From Acidobacteriota bacterium (GTDB taxonomy: Bacteria; Acidobacteriota; Terriglobia; Acidiferrales; UBA7541), in NCBI GenBank assembly GCA_028877145.1, contig JAGWOX010000001.1, positions 1-61,456 on the forward strand: a stretch of 61,456 bases of DNA, in the 5' to 3' direction. This document shows positions 49,204-58,183 of this stretch, piece by piece. Under the pieces are notes generated by a model that saw nothing but the letters and a program-made list of their open reading frames with translations, searched no databases and was not told the origin of the DNA. The position numbers and the translations under genes were made by a program. Numbering within the stretch: position 1 is the first letter of the stretch; each line of letters begins with the position of its first letter.

Positions 49204-50573
49204 TGCGTCCCGCCTTGATTCAAGAGATCCGATTGCATCGTCAATTGCCCCGCGGCGCGCTCGAGCTGCGCCCGCGCCACCTGCCAGTCGTGCAACGCGG
49301 CCAGATACCCGGTGCGCGCGTCGAGCTGCGACGTCTGCGCCCGCAAAAGTTCCGTGATGGTGACGAGCCCCGCCTGATACCGGTTCTGAATGATTCGCAA
49401 ACTCTCGCTCGCCTGATTCACCGAATCGCGCGCCGCCGCCGCTCGCTGCGCCGCCGCCTGCGCGTCCAGAAACGCCTGCCGCACCTCCAGATCGATTCCC
49501 GATCGCAGCCAGGCGAGCTGGTGCTCCGCCTGGAGCTTCTGCGCGGTGGCCTCCGCCAGCCGCGACCGCTGCGCGCCGCCGGAAAAGATGTTCAGATCCA
49601 GCCGTGCTCCCGCTACCCAGTTCGTCCCCGAAGGCCCGCCCATCGTTTCCGCGTCGCGTTCGTAGTTTCCGAAAAGTCCGATCTGCGGCCCGAAATCCGC
49701 CTTCGCCAGCTTCCGGTTGTCTCCCGCCGCCTTGTCCTGCATCTCCGCCGCGCGCAGCGCCGGCCGCTCCGCCATCGCGGTCTTTTCCCATTCGTCGACT
49801 CCCCGCGCGATCGCCGTAGGCTGTTCGAGTTTTCCCGTGACATCGGGCATCGCGCCCGGCGCGAAACCCATCTCGCGGCCCAGGTTCAGCCGCGCCACTT
49901 CCACCGCGTTCTTCGCGCGAATTTCCCGGTCCTGCATCTGCGCCCGGAAGACCTCCGCGCTCAGCAGATCGGAAGTGACCACGAGCCCCGCCTTCTCCAT
50001 CGTGCGCACGCGCTGTTCATTCGATTTCGCCGAATCGAGCGCCTGCTCGGCGGCCTTCAGGTCCTCCTGCGCGACGATCACGCCGTAATAAGCGCGCACC
50101 ACGCGCAAAATCAGGTCCTGCCGCGCCTGCGCCGTCTCGTAGTCCGCCGCCGTCGCCATCTGCTTCGCGCCCTTTTCCCGCAAATGCGTCCGGCCGGAAT
50201 CGAAGAGCGACATCTGCCCGCTGACTTGTGTCTGGAAATTGTCGAGTGGCGTCGGCGAGTTCAGCCGCGACAGGTTGAAATCCTCGGCCGTGAATTGCCG
50301 CTGCGCCAGCAGCGAGCCGAACACATACACGGGATTGTTCCCTCGCGTGAATCCCTGGCTCACGTCGAGCCGCGGAAACCACCCCGCCCGCGCCTCGCCC
50401 ACCCGCGCGCGCGACGCCTCCGCCTGGTCCTTCGACGCCTGGAGCGCCGGATTCCGCGCGAGCGCCTGGTTCACCGCCTCCCGTAGCGACAGCGGCTGTT
50501 GCGTCTGCGCCGCAAGGCCCGGCGCCCAGGCCAATAGCAAGACGAAAACTTCGATACGCATTCTTTTTTTCAT
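49200..50573 (-). CDS. TolC family outer membrane efflux protein
   Basis: 457 aa with a signal peptide. LSLREAVNQALARNPALQA; two-repeat OEP architecture. Confidence 0.86.
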   Translation of the reverse strand: MKKRMRIEVFVLLLAWAPGLAAQTQQPLSLREAVNQALARNPALQASKDQAEASRARVGEARAGWFPRLDVSQGFTRGNNPVYVFGSLLAQRQFTAEDFNLSRLNSPTPLDNFQTQVSGQMSLFDSGRTHLREKGAKQMATAADYETAQARQDLILRVVRAYYGVIVAQEDLKAAEQALDSAKSNEQRVRTMEKAGLVVTSDLLSAEVFRAQMQDREIRAKNAVEVARLNLGREMGFAPGAMPDVTGKLEQPTAIARGVDEWEKTAMAERPALRAAEMQDKAAGDNRKLAKADFGPQIGLFGNYERDAETMGGPSGTNWVAGARLDLNIFSGGAQRSRLAEATAQKLQAEHQLAWLRSGIDLEVRQAFLDAQAAAQRAAAARDSVNQASESLRIIQNRYQAGLVTITELLRAQTSQLDARTGYLAALHDWQVARAQLERAAGQLTMQSDLLNQGGTQ

Positions 50574-50585
50574 GGTCGTTCCCGC

Positions 50586-50981
50586 TTACGAAAGATTGGG
50601 CCGCGGCGCTTCGCCCGCCGCGCGCTCGAGTGACCGCGCCAGCTTCGTTCCCTGCCGCAGCCGCGCCGCCAGCACCTCGCGGATCAGCCGGCAGGCATCC
50701 TTGATTTCCGTGAAACTCAGCCGGTACGAAGCCGCCCGGCCCTGATGGAGCGTCTCGATGAGTCCCGCGCGCTTCAGCAGCGCCAGATGCTGCGACAGGT
50801 TCACCTTGTTCACGCCGAGCGCACGCAGCAGTTGGGCCGTCGACTTCTCCCCCTCCGCCAGCAGATCGAGAATCTGGATCCGACGCCGGTGGCCCAGCAC
50901 GCGGCAGATCTCCGCCTGCATCGCGTAGATCACCTCTTGCTCGCTGCTCTGCGCCCTCGTCTTCGCCGCTCGTTTCGCCAT
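50586..50981 (-). CDS. ArsR/SmtB family metalloregulator
   Basis: Internal ATG 50981. AEICRVLGHRRRIQILDLLAEGEKSTAQLLRALGVNKVNLSQHLALLKRAGLI. Confidence 0.85.
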   Translation of the reverse strand: MAKRAAKTRAQSSEQEVIYAMQAEICRVLGHRRRIQILDLLAEGEKSTAQLLRALGVNKVNLSQHLALLKRAGLIETLHQGRAASYRLSFTEIKDACRLIREVLAARLRQGTKLARSLERAAGEAPRPNLS

Positions 50982-51264
50982 ATGTCGTTTCACCCTCTCC
51001 GGCCGGGACGCCCACGCTGCGCCGCTCCGTCCTGCAAGCGCCGTTCCAGGCGCGCCCGCGCCGCGCCACCGCCGGAACTCCATACCGGAGACCGGTTTAG
51101 CGCCTCGGCCGTCTCTCCGCGGGCCTGGCGGCGGCTGCGGGATATCGAGCACCGGCAGCGCCGTATCGCCCACAGTTACGAAATATTACAACTTTCAAAG
51201 TATTTTAACAATAGAGGAATTCGCCGCGCTTGCCCAGCCCCGCCCCGGGGTCTACCATGCTCCT

Positions 51265-51579
51265 ATGCGGCCGAGAACCCTTACCGCGATCGTCCTCCTC
51301 GTCATCGCCACCATCCTCCTCTGCCCCATCTCCGAAATGTTCGACCGCTGGGATCACACCGCCAAAACCGGCAAGGACACCGAATCCTCCCTGATGCTCG
51401 TCGCCGAATGCGCCGGCGCCGCCATCGCCGTCATCCACTCCGCGGCCGCCTTCCTGCCCGCTTTCGTGATCGCGCGCCTGCCCGTCGTTTTCCGCTCGCC
51501 CGCCCCGCGCTTCCGTTTCGCCGCTGCCGAAACTTTCCGTTTCCCCGAAAGCCCGCCTTCCCTGCCCCTCCGCATCTGA
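51265..51579 (+). CDS. Possible small membrane protein (two hydrophobic helices)
   Basis: 104-aa ORF with LTAIVLLVIATILLCP and AGAAIAVIHSAAAFLPAFVIA. No clear Shine-Dalgarno, so coding status is uncertain. Confidence 0.35.
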   Translation: MRPRTLTAIVLLVIATILLCPISEMFDRWDHTAKTGKDTESSLMLVAECAGAAIAVIHSAAAFLPAFVIARLPVVFRSPAPRFRFAAAETFRFPESPPSLPLRI

Positions 51580-51651
51580 TTTCCTGTGCCTTCCCGCCTC
51601 GGCCAACCAGAGCCGCAGGCTATTCGTGCATCTCATTCCGGGAGGCGTGTC

Positions 51652-53073
51652 ATGTCACGTTTGGGAAAAGTTGTTCCGCTCTTCGCGTTCCTCGCGCTCT
51701 GCGCCGGCTGCGCCAAAGTCGTGGCCTATCGCCCCGCGCCCATCGTTCCGGCGGCGACCGCACAACGGCTCGAAGCGCGCCGGCTCACCGATCCCGGCCT
51801 CGAGCGCTTCCTCGCGCAAAATCTCGGCCATCCCGTTTCACCGTGGCCGATGCGCGAATGGAATCTTCAAACGCTCACGCTGGCCGCGCTCTACTTCAGC
51901 CCGCAAATGGATATCGCACGCGACCAGTTGGCGGTGACGCAGGCCGCGATCGTTACCGCCGCCGAGCATCCGAATCCCACGCTCAGCCTCACGCCGGGCA
52001 TTCCGAGTCCATGGCTCTTCGATATGCCTTTCACATGGCCGATCGAAACGCATGGCAAGCGCGCATTGCGCATCGAGGAGGCGCGTCATCTTTCTTCTGC
52101 GGCGAAAATTTCCTTGGCCCAAACGGCATGGAAAGTCTCAAGCGGTCTGCGTAAGGCGCTCCTTGCGTATCAAATGGCGCAAGCGAATCTCGCGATCGAC
52201 CGCTCGACGCAACAGCTCGAAACCCGTCAAGTTTCATTGCTCGGCCGAATGCTTTCTTCTGGCGAAGGAGCGCGCCCCGCGTTACAAACCGCGCGACTCG
52301 CGCTTTCAAATACCCGATTTGCCCTCAGCGAAGCCGAAGGTCAGGTCGTTACCGCCGAGGCCGCGCTCGCCGGCGCCATCGGCGTTCCCGTCGCCGCTCT
52401 CGATGGCCTCCAGTTCAACTGGCCAAATATCCGTCAATTGCCCGCGCCGGCGTCCCTTTCCCTTCAACGCATCCGGCGTGATGCCGTCCTGAATCGTCTC
52501 GACGTTCGCCGCGCGCTCGATCAATACGCCGCCGCTGACGCCGCGCTTCGCCTTCAAATCGCCCGCCAATATCCCAACATCAATATCGGTCCCGGCTACG
52601 CTTTCGAAGAAGGCAACAATTACTTCACCGTTCCCCTTTCCCTGGTTCTCCCTATCCGCAATCGCAACCAGGGACCGATCGCCCAGGCCGAAGCACTTCG
52701 AAAAGCGGCGGCGGCGAATCTCCTCGCCGTGCAGGCCGGCGCCATCGCGCAAAGCGAACAGGCGCTCGCCGCCTATCGCTCCGCGCTCGCCGCGTTGAAA
52801 CAAGCCGATCGCCCGATCGCGGGACAGCGTGTGCGCGTCGAAACCACCGAACATGCCGTGACTGCTGGAGAAGCCGACCATCTCCAGTTGAACTCGCTTT
52901 TGCTCGAAGGCGCCGTCTACGCCCGCCAGCACGTCGCGGCGCTCGCGCAGGCACAGGCGGCGCTCGGCGCACTGGAGGACGCGGTCCAACGTCCGCTCGG
53001 CCCGGATGCCTCCAATTTCCCGGCCCGCGCGTCGTCAATGGCCGTGCGCGGCCGAAAGGAGTCGGAACGATGA
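51652..53073 (+). CDS. TolC/CzcC family outer membrane efflux lipoprotein
   Basis: Internal ATG after GGGAGG. Lipobox in MSRLGKVVPLFAFLALCAGC. OEP repeats. Confidence 0.8.
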   Translation: MSRLGKVVPLFAFLALCAGCAKVVAYRPAPIVPAATAQRLEARRLTDPGLERFLAQNLGHPVSPWPMREWNLQTLTLAALYFSPQMDIARDQLAVTQAAIVTAAEHPNPTLSLTPGIPSPWLFDMPFTWPIETHGKRALRIEEARHLSSAAKISLAQTAWKVSSGLRKALLAYQMAQANLAIDRSTQQLETRQVSLLGRMLSSGEGARPALQTARLALSNTRFALSEAEGQVVTAEAALAGAIGVPVAALDGLQFNWPNIRQLPAPASLSLQRIRRDAVLNRLDVRRALDQYAAADAALRLQIARQYPNINIGPGYAFEEGNNYFTVPLSLVLPIRNRNQGPIAQAEALRKAAAANLLAVQAGAIAQSEQALAAYRSALAALKQADRPIAGQRVRVETTEHAVTAGEADHLQLNSLLLEGAVYARQHVAALAQAQAALGALEDAVQRPLGPDASNFPARASSMAVRGRKESER

Positions 53074-54119
53074 AAACGCTCATTTGGGTGGGAGTCGCCG
53101 GCATTCTCGCCGGTTCCGCTGCGGGCTGGACCTTGCACCGCCCCGCCGCCGTCGATCCTCCGCGAGCGACACAGGCGCAAGCGCAAGACGAAGATTCCTC
53201 GACGGCGCGGCCTGCGCCGAGGACCGTCACGCTCGATCCCGACACAGCGAAGAGCATGGGTCTGGCCGTGACGGTTCTGAAACAGGCTCGCCACGCGCCG
53301 CAATTGCAAACGACGGCTGTCGTCCTTTCGCCTCAGGGCCTGGCGACTTTGAGCGCCACTTACGACGCCGACGCCGGAAAGCTCGCCGTCGCCCGCGCCA
53401 ATCTCGCCGTCGCTCGGAACGAATATCAACGCCAGAATCAGCTCTACCACGAGGACCAGACCACCTCGCTCAAGGCGCTCCAGGCCGCCCGTGGCGCGCT
53501 CGAATCGAGCCGGGCACAAACCAACGCCGCGCAAATCCAGCTTCATGTCGACGCCATCGCCCTCGAACAGCAATGGGGCCCCGTGCTCGGCAAATGGCTC
53601 GTCGCCCGCTCGTCGGAATTCCAGCGCGTCCTCGCCGCGCGCGAATGGCAGGTGGAAGTTACGCTCGATGCGTCCGCCGCGCGCCGCCTGCCCGAAACAG
53701 TTCGCCTGATAGCTCCATCCGGTTCGCAAGTCTCGGCGCGCCTGATCTCTTCCTTCCCGCAGACCAATCCCGTGATTCAGGGCTTGAATTTTCTCTATCT
53801 GATTCCGGCAAGGCCGGGCTTCGCTCCGGGCATGAATCTCGCCGCCGAAATTCCCGCTGGGCCGGCGCGGAGTGGAGTGGTAATCCCCGCTTCCGCGATC
53901 GTCTGGTCGACCGGCGAAGCGTGGGCATACAAGCAAACCGCTCCCGGCCATTTCGAGCGGCTGCTCGTTTCAACCGAAGCTCCTGTCGCGGGCGGCTGGT
54001 TCGTCACCGCGGGCTTCACTCCCGGCGACCAGTTGGTCACGCGTGCCGCCGAAGAGTTGTTCTCCGCGGAAACGCAGCCTTCGAGCAGCAGCGGTGGCGA
54101 TGAAGGAGACGACGACTAA
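53070..54119 (+). CDS. Efflux RND periplasmic adaptor (CzcB/CusB-like)
   Basis: ATGA overlap with the upstream gene. N-terminal TM or signal segment, a coiled-coil region (ARANLAVARNEYQRQNQLY), and an acidic tail GGDEGDDD. Confidence 0.75.
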   Translation: MKTLIWVGVAGILAGSAAGWTLHRPAAVDPPRATQAQAQDEDSSTARPAPRTVTLDPDTAKSMGLAVTVLKQARHAPQLQTTAVVLSPQGLATLSATYDADAGKLAVARANLAVARNEYQRQNQLYHEDQTTSLKALQAARGALESSRAQTNAAQIQLHVDAIALEQQWGPVLGKWLVARSSEFQRVLAAREWQVEVTLDASAARRLPETVRLIAPSGSQVSARLISSFPQTNPVIQGLNFLYLIPARPGFAPGMNLAAEIPAGPARSGVVIPASAIVWSTGEAWAYKQTAPGHFERLLVSTEAPVAGGWFVTAGFTPGDQLVTRAAEELFSAETQPSSSSGGDEGDDD

Positions 54120-54141
54120 TGCCCTTCCCGGAGATCAACCG

Positions 54142-57100
54142 ATGCTGAGTCGCATTGTCGGCTGGGCCCTGCGCCGTCGCGGCGTCGTTATCGCTCTCGC
54201 TTTCACTTTGCTCGGGTACGGCATCTATTCGCTCACGAAAGCGCAATACGACGTCCTGCCCAACTTCGCTCCCGCCCAGGTCACCGTTCGCACCGAGGCG
54301 CCCGGCCTTTCCGCCGAACAGGTGGAAACGCTCGTTACCCAACCGATCGAAAACGCCATCAACGGCTCGCCCGGCATCGCCGTCATCCGCTCGCAATCGA
54401 TTCAGGGTTTTTCGTCGATCGTTGTCGTTTTCCAGTACACCACGGACATCTATCGCATCCGTGAAATCCTCGCCGAGCGCCTCGTCGGCATCTCGAGCAT
54501 CCTGCCCAAGGGTGTTCAAACGCCGATCCTGACTCCGCCCACGTCATCGGCCGGCACCGTCATGGCCGTCGCGCTCACATCCGAGACGCGCTCGCCGATG
54601 ACGGTGCGCACCGTCGCCGATTGGACCGTGCGCCAGCGCCTTCTCGCCGTGCCCGGCGTCGCCAATATTGCCGTCTTCGGCGGCGAAATCCGCCAGATGC
54701 AAATCCAGTACGATCCCGAAAAGCTCATCGAGCATCATCTCACCGTCGCGGATCTGCTCGCCGCCGCCCGCAACGCCACCGGCGTTCTCGGCGCCGGCTT
54801 CATCGACACGCCCAACCAGCGCCTCATTCTTCAATCGGAAGGCCAATCGAACGAAGCCACCGAAATTGCCGGAACCGTGCTCGTTCGCGTCGCCGGCAGG
54901 AACCTCACCATCGGCGACGTCGCCCAGGTCGTCGCCGCTCCCGCGCCCTCCATCGGCGGCTCTTCGATCGACGGCAGACCCGACGTTCTGCTCGTCATCT
55001 CCAGCCAGCCCGGCACGAACACGCTCGCCGTCACCGCAAGGCTCGAGCAGGCTCTCGCCGAGCTCCGGCCCGCTCTCGCCGCCGAAAAAATCACTCTGCA
55101 CACGAATCTCTTTCGCCCGGCCAGTTTTATTCTCATCGCCCTGCGCAATATCCGGACTTCGCTGCTCCTGGGAGCAATTCTCGTCGTCATCATTCTCTTC
55201 TTGTTTCTTTTCGATCTGCGCACGGCTGCCATTTCCTGCACCGCCATCCCGCTTTCCCTTCTCACAGCCGCCGTCGTTCTGTCCCGATTCGGTTTCAGCT
55301 TGAACACGATGACGCTCGGCGGGCTAGCCATCGCCATCGGCGAAGTGGTCGACGACGCGGTGATCGACGTCGAAAACATCCTGCGCCGCTTGCGGGAAAA
55401 TCGCGCTTCGGCCGCTCCGCGTCCCGTCGCCCGCGTCGTTCTCGATGCGTCGCTCGAGGTCCGCAGCGCGGTCGTCTACGCCACCTTCGCCGTCGTCCTC
55501 GTTTTCCTGCCGGTGCTCGCCATTTCCGGCCTCGCCGGCCGCATCTTCGCTCCGCTCGGCGTCGCCTACATTCTTTCTATCCTTGCCTCGCTTGCCGTCG
55601 CGCTTACCGTGACTCCCGCAATGTGTCTGCTCATGCTCGCCCGGCGCGAACTTCCGCCTTCGGACCCGCCGCTCGTCGCCTGGGCCAAGCGCTTCTACAG
55701 GCCCCTGCTTGCCGCGATCGAAAAGCGTTCGCGCACGATTCTGGCCGGCGTGGGCGCGGTCATTCTTGCTGCTGTCCTGATGCTTCCTTTCCTGCGCAGC
55801 TCATTCCTTCCGCAACTGCAAGGCGGCTACTATATCCTCCACTTTCAGGAAGCCCCCGGCGCTTCGCTCCAGGAAACGCTCCGCGTCGGCAAGCGCATTA
55901 CCAATGCCCTCCTGAAGCTTCCCTACGTCCAGGTCGTCACTCAGCGCGCCGGCCGCGGCGAACTTTCCGAAGAAGCCCGCGGAGTGAACGCCAGCGAATT
56001 GCAGATCAAAGTCGATCCCTCCTACCCGCATCCCGCGCGCATCCCCGCGCAGCTCCGCAAAGTCGCGGCGCAATTCCCCGGCCTCGCCATTTCCACTGAG
56101 ACGTTCCTTGGCGAACGTTTCCACGACATCCTCTCCGGGTTCACCGAGCAGGTGGCCGTCGAGGCCGTCGGCAACAATCTCGACAACCTCGACGCTGTGG
56201 CGAGTGAAATTGCGGCCACCCTCAGCAAGATTCCCGGCGCCACCGGCGTGCAGATCCAGGCCCCGCCTTCGATGCCGGAAATCGAAATCGACGTTCGTCG
56301 CCGCGCCGCCGCGCGCTGGGGTCTCGATCCGGTCCAGGTGCTCCAAACCGTCTCCACCGCGTATGAAGGAGACACGGTCGGCAGAATCTACCAGGGCAAT
56401 CGCGTCTACGATCTCGCCGTCTGGCTCCCTCCCCGCGAACGCAACAGCGTCGCCGGTATCTCCGCGCTCCCCTTGCGCACGCCCGATGGCAATTACATTT
56501 CGCTCGGCCAGGTCGCCCGCGTCTATTCCGGTTCTGGCCGCTACATGATCCTCCACGAGGGCGGCCGCCGCGTGCAGCCGGTCACTTGCGACGTGGTCGG
56601 CCGCAGCACCGCATCTTTTGTCGCCGAAGCGCGCCGCCGCATCGCCAGTCTCCACTTGCCCGCCGGAACCTATGTCGAATTCGCGGGCACCGCGCAGGCT
56701 TCAACGCAGGCGCGACGTGATCTGCTGGTGCACTCGGCCCTCGCCGCGCTCGGCATCGTCATCCTTCTCTCGATCGTGCTGGCCAACTACCGCAATCTCC
56801 TGTTGGTCTTATTGAATCTGCCGTTCGCCCTCGTCGGCGGCGTTTTCGCCGTCTGGCTGTTCACCGATCGCACGCTCTCGCTCGGCTCGCTCGTCGGTTT
56901 CGTCACCCTGTTCGGCATCACGTTGCGCAACGCCATCATGCTGATCTCCCACTACGAGCATCTGGTGACTCACGAAGGCGCCGTGTGGGGACCCGAAACC
57001 GCCTGGCGCGGAGCCACCGAACGCCTCGCCCCCATCCTCATGACCGCCCTCGTCACCGGCCTCGGCCTCCTGCCATTGGCTCTAGCCAGTGGCACCGCAG

Positions 57101-57231
57101 GCCGCGAAATCGAAGGCCCCATGGCCATCGTCATCCTCGGCGGCCTCGTCACCTCCACCTTCCTGAATTTGCTAGTCCTCCCCACGCTGTCCTTGCGCTT
57201 CGGCCGCTTCGAACCCCCCGCCGAACCATAG
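54142..57231 (+). CDS. CusA/CzcA family heavy-metal efflux RND transporter
   Basis: MLSRIVGWALRRRGVVIALAFTLLGYGIYS, LAIAIGEVVDDAVIDVENILRRL, FVTLFGITLRNAIMLISHYE. GGAGA upstream. ATG 54100 is an alternative start. Confidence 0.92.
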   Translation: MLSRIVGWALRRRGVVIALAFTLLGYGIYSLTKAQYDVLPNFAPAQVTVRTEAPGLSAEQVETLVTQPIENAINGSPGIAVIRSQSIQGFSSIVVVFQYTTDIYRIREILAERLVGISSILPKGVQTPILTPPTSSAGTVMAVALTSETRSPMTVRTVADWTVRQRLLAVPGVANIAVFGGEIRQMQIQYDPEKLIEHHLTVADLLAAARNATGVLGAGFIDTPNQRLILQSEGQSNEATEIAGTVLVRVAGRNLTIGDVAQVVAAPAPSIGGSSIDGRPDVLLVISSQPGTNTLAVTARLEQALAELRPALAAEKITLHTNLFRPASFILIALRNIRTSLLLGAILVVIILFLFLFDLRTAAISCTAIPLSLLTAAVVLSRFGFSLNTMTLGGLAIAIGEVVDDAVIDVENILRRLRENRASAAPRPVARVVLDASLEVRSAVVYATFAVVLVFLPVLAISGLAGRIFAPLGVAYILSILASLAVALTVTPAMCLLMLARRELPPSDPPLVAWAKRFYRPLLAAIEKRSRTILAGVGAVILAAVLMLPFLRSSFLPQLQGGYYILHFQEAPGASLQETLRVGKRITNALLKLPYVQVVTQRAGRGELSEEARGVNASELQIKVDPSYPHPARIPAQLRKVAAQFPGLAISTETFLGERFHDILSGFTEQVAVEAVGNNLDNLDAVASEIAATLSKIPGATGVQIQAPPSMPEIEIDVRRRAAARWGLDPVQVLQTVSTAYEGDTVGRIYQGNRVYDLAVWLPPRERNSVAGISALPLRTPDGNYISLGQVARVYSGSGRYMILHEGGRRVQPVTCDVVGRSTASFVAEARRRIASLHLPAGTYVEFAGTAQASTQARRDLLVHSALAALGIVILLSIVLANYRNLLLVLLNLPFALVGGVFAVWLFTDRTLSLGSLVGFVTLFGITLRNAIMLISHYEHLVTHEGAVWGPETAWRGATERLAPILMTALVTGLGLLPLALASGTAGREIEGPMAIVILGGLVTSTFLNLLVLPTLSLRFGRFEPPAEP

Positions 57232-57298
57232 TCCGGCATGAACGAGAGCGCCACGCGAATCTCACACCGCATGGAACCGAGCGGTTGACCACGAATCC

Positions 57299-57323
57299 GT
57301 AGGGGCGACCCGCTGGGTCGCCC
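57299..57323 (+). repeat. REP palindrome 1
   Basis: GTAGGGGCGACCCgctGGGTCGCCC, a 9-bp perfect stem. Confidence 0.8.
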
Positions 57324-57435
57324 TTTGCAGCGCCACCTTGATAGTTAAGCCAGTCCCGGAAGCAAATTTTCAAAAGGCGCCCCGCATTCGCGTAAAACCC
57401 CGCAGGCAGAACGCGCACCCGAAACCCGCCCCTCA

Positions 57436-57460
57436 GGGCGACCCAACGGGTCGCCCCTAC
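57436..57460 (-). repeat. REP palindrome 2 (inverted; overlaps the RAYT stop codon)
   Basis: GGGCGACCCaacGGGTCGCCCCTAC. The CTA at 57457..57459 is the RAYT TAG stop. Confidence 0.8.
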
Positions 57461-58071
57461 CAGGGGTACCGATCTGCCATTGGGGTTTGTTTGAGTTCGA
57501 CGGCCAGCGGATTTTCGCTGTCGAATTGCCAGCGGGCGGGATTCTCGAAGATGTATTGGCGGATCTTATCCAGGGCGTCAGAGCGACGGATGACGTGTTC
57601 ATAAAAACCGCGTTGCCAGACGGTTGCGCCAGGTGTGTGACGGTGCTCGTTGATGCGCCTCGTTGTCAGGGATTTGAATTGTCCAATGATTGCACCGAGG
57701 GATCCTGTGCGTGGACCTTGTGGATGGTGACGTGATGGGGCGGAGACATCTTCAGGGGCGACCCGCCGGGTTGCCCCTACCGGCGTTGCTCGCATGATCC
57801 AGATGATTCCGTGAACGTGATTGGGCATCACTACGAATTCATTTGCGTCCAGAAAAACATTCGCCCGAACGTCCGCAGTTTTGAACCACTCGGCTCTGAC
57901 GAACTGACCCATTGCGTTTAACCGCATCTCACCGCTCACTACATCGCCAAACAGGGATACGCGTTCCTGCGTGCAAATTGTGACGAAATAACCGCCGCGA
58001 TCTGCGTAATCGTAGCCTCGCACACGTATGGACCGACGGTGTTTTGTGGATCTGTCGTTCATACCTGTCAT
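57457..58071 (-). CDS. REP-associated tyrosine transposase (IS200/IS605-like Y1 HUH transposase)
   Basis: 204 aa. YFVTICT, the HUH motif VMPNHVHGII, and the catalytic Tyr region WQRGFYEHVIRRSDALDKIRQYIFENPARW. Confidence 0.85.
   Translation of the reverse strand: MTGMNDRSTKHRRSIRVRGYDYADRGGYFVTICTQERVSLFGDVVSGEMRLNAMGQFVRAEWFKTADVRANVFLDANEFVVMPNHVHGIIWIMRATPVGATRRVAPEDVSAPSRHHPQGPRTGSLGAIIGQFKSLTTRRINEHRHTPGATVWQRGFYEHVIRRSDALDKIRQYIFENPARWQFDSENPLAVELKQTPMADRYPW
57755..57780 (-). repeat. REP palindrome 3, in frame inside the RAYT CDS
   Basis: GGGGCGACCCgccGGGTTGCCCCTAC. The minus strand encodes VGATRRVAP. Confidence 0.75.
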
Positions 58072-58124
58072 CGGAGCTCAAACAGTGCCTGCTTGAGTCG
58101 CAGCATCTGCCAACAACCGTGTCC

Positions 58125-58149
58125 GTAGGGGCGACCCGGTGGGTCGCCC
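58125..58149 (+). repeat. REP palindrome 4
   Basis: GTAGGGGCGACCCggtGGGTCGCCC. Confidence 0.8.
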
Positions 58150-58183
58150 GGCGGGGCCACCTCAATCAAGCCTCGCCACGAAC

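Larger units (their letters stand above)
57299..58149 (-). mobile_element. RAYT locus: a REP-associated tyrosine transposase gene flanked by and containing REP palindromes
   Basis: Four copies of GTAGGGGCGACCC-N3-GGGTCGCCC lie at 57299..57323 (+), 57436..57460 (inverted), 57755..57780 (inverted, inside the CDS) and 58125..58149 (+). They surround the CDS at 57457..58071. Confidence 0.8.
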
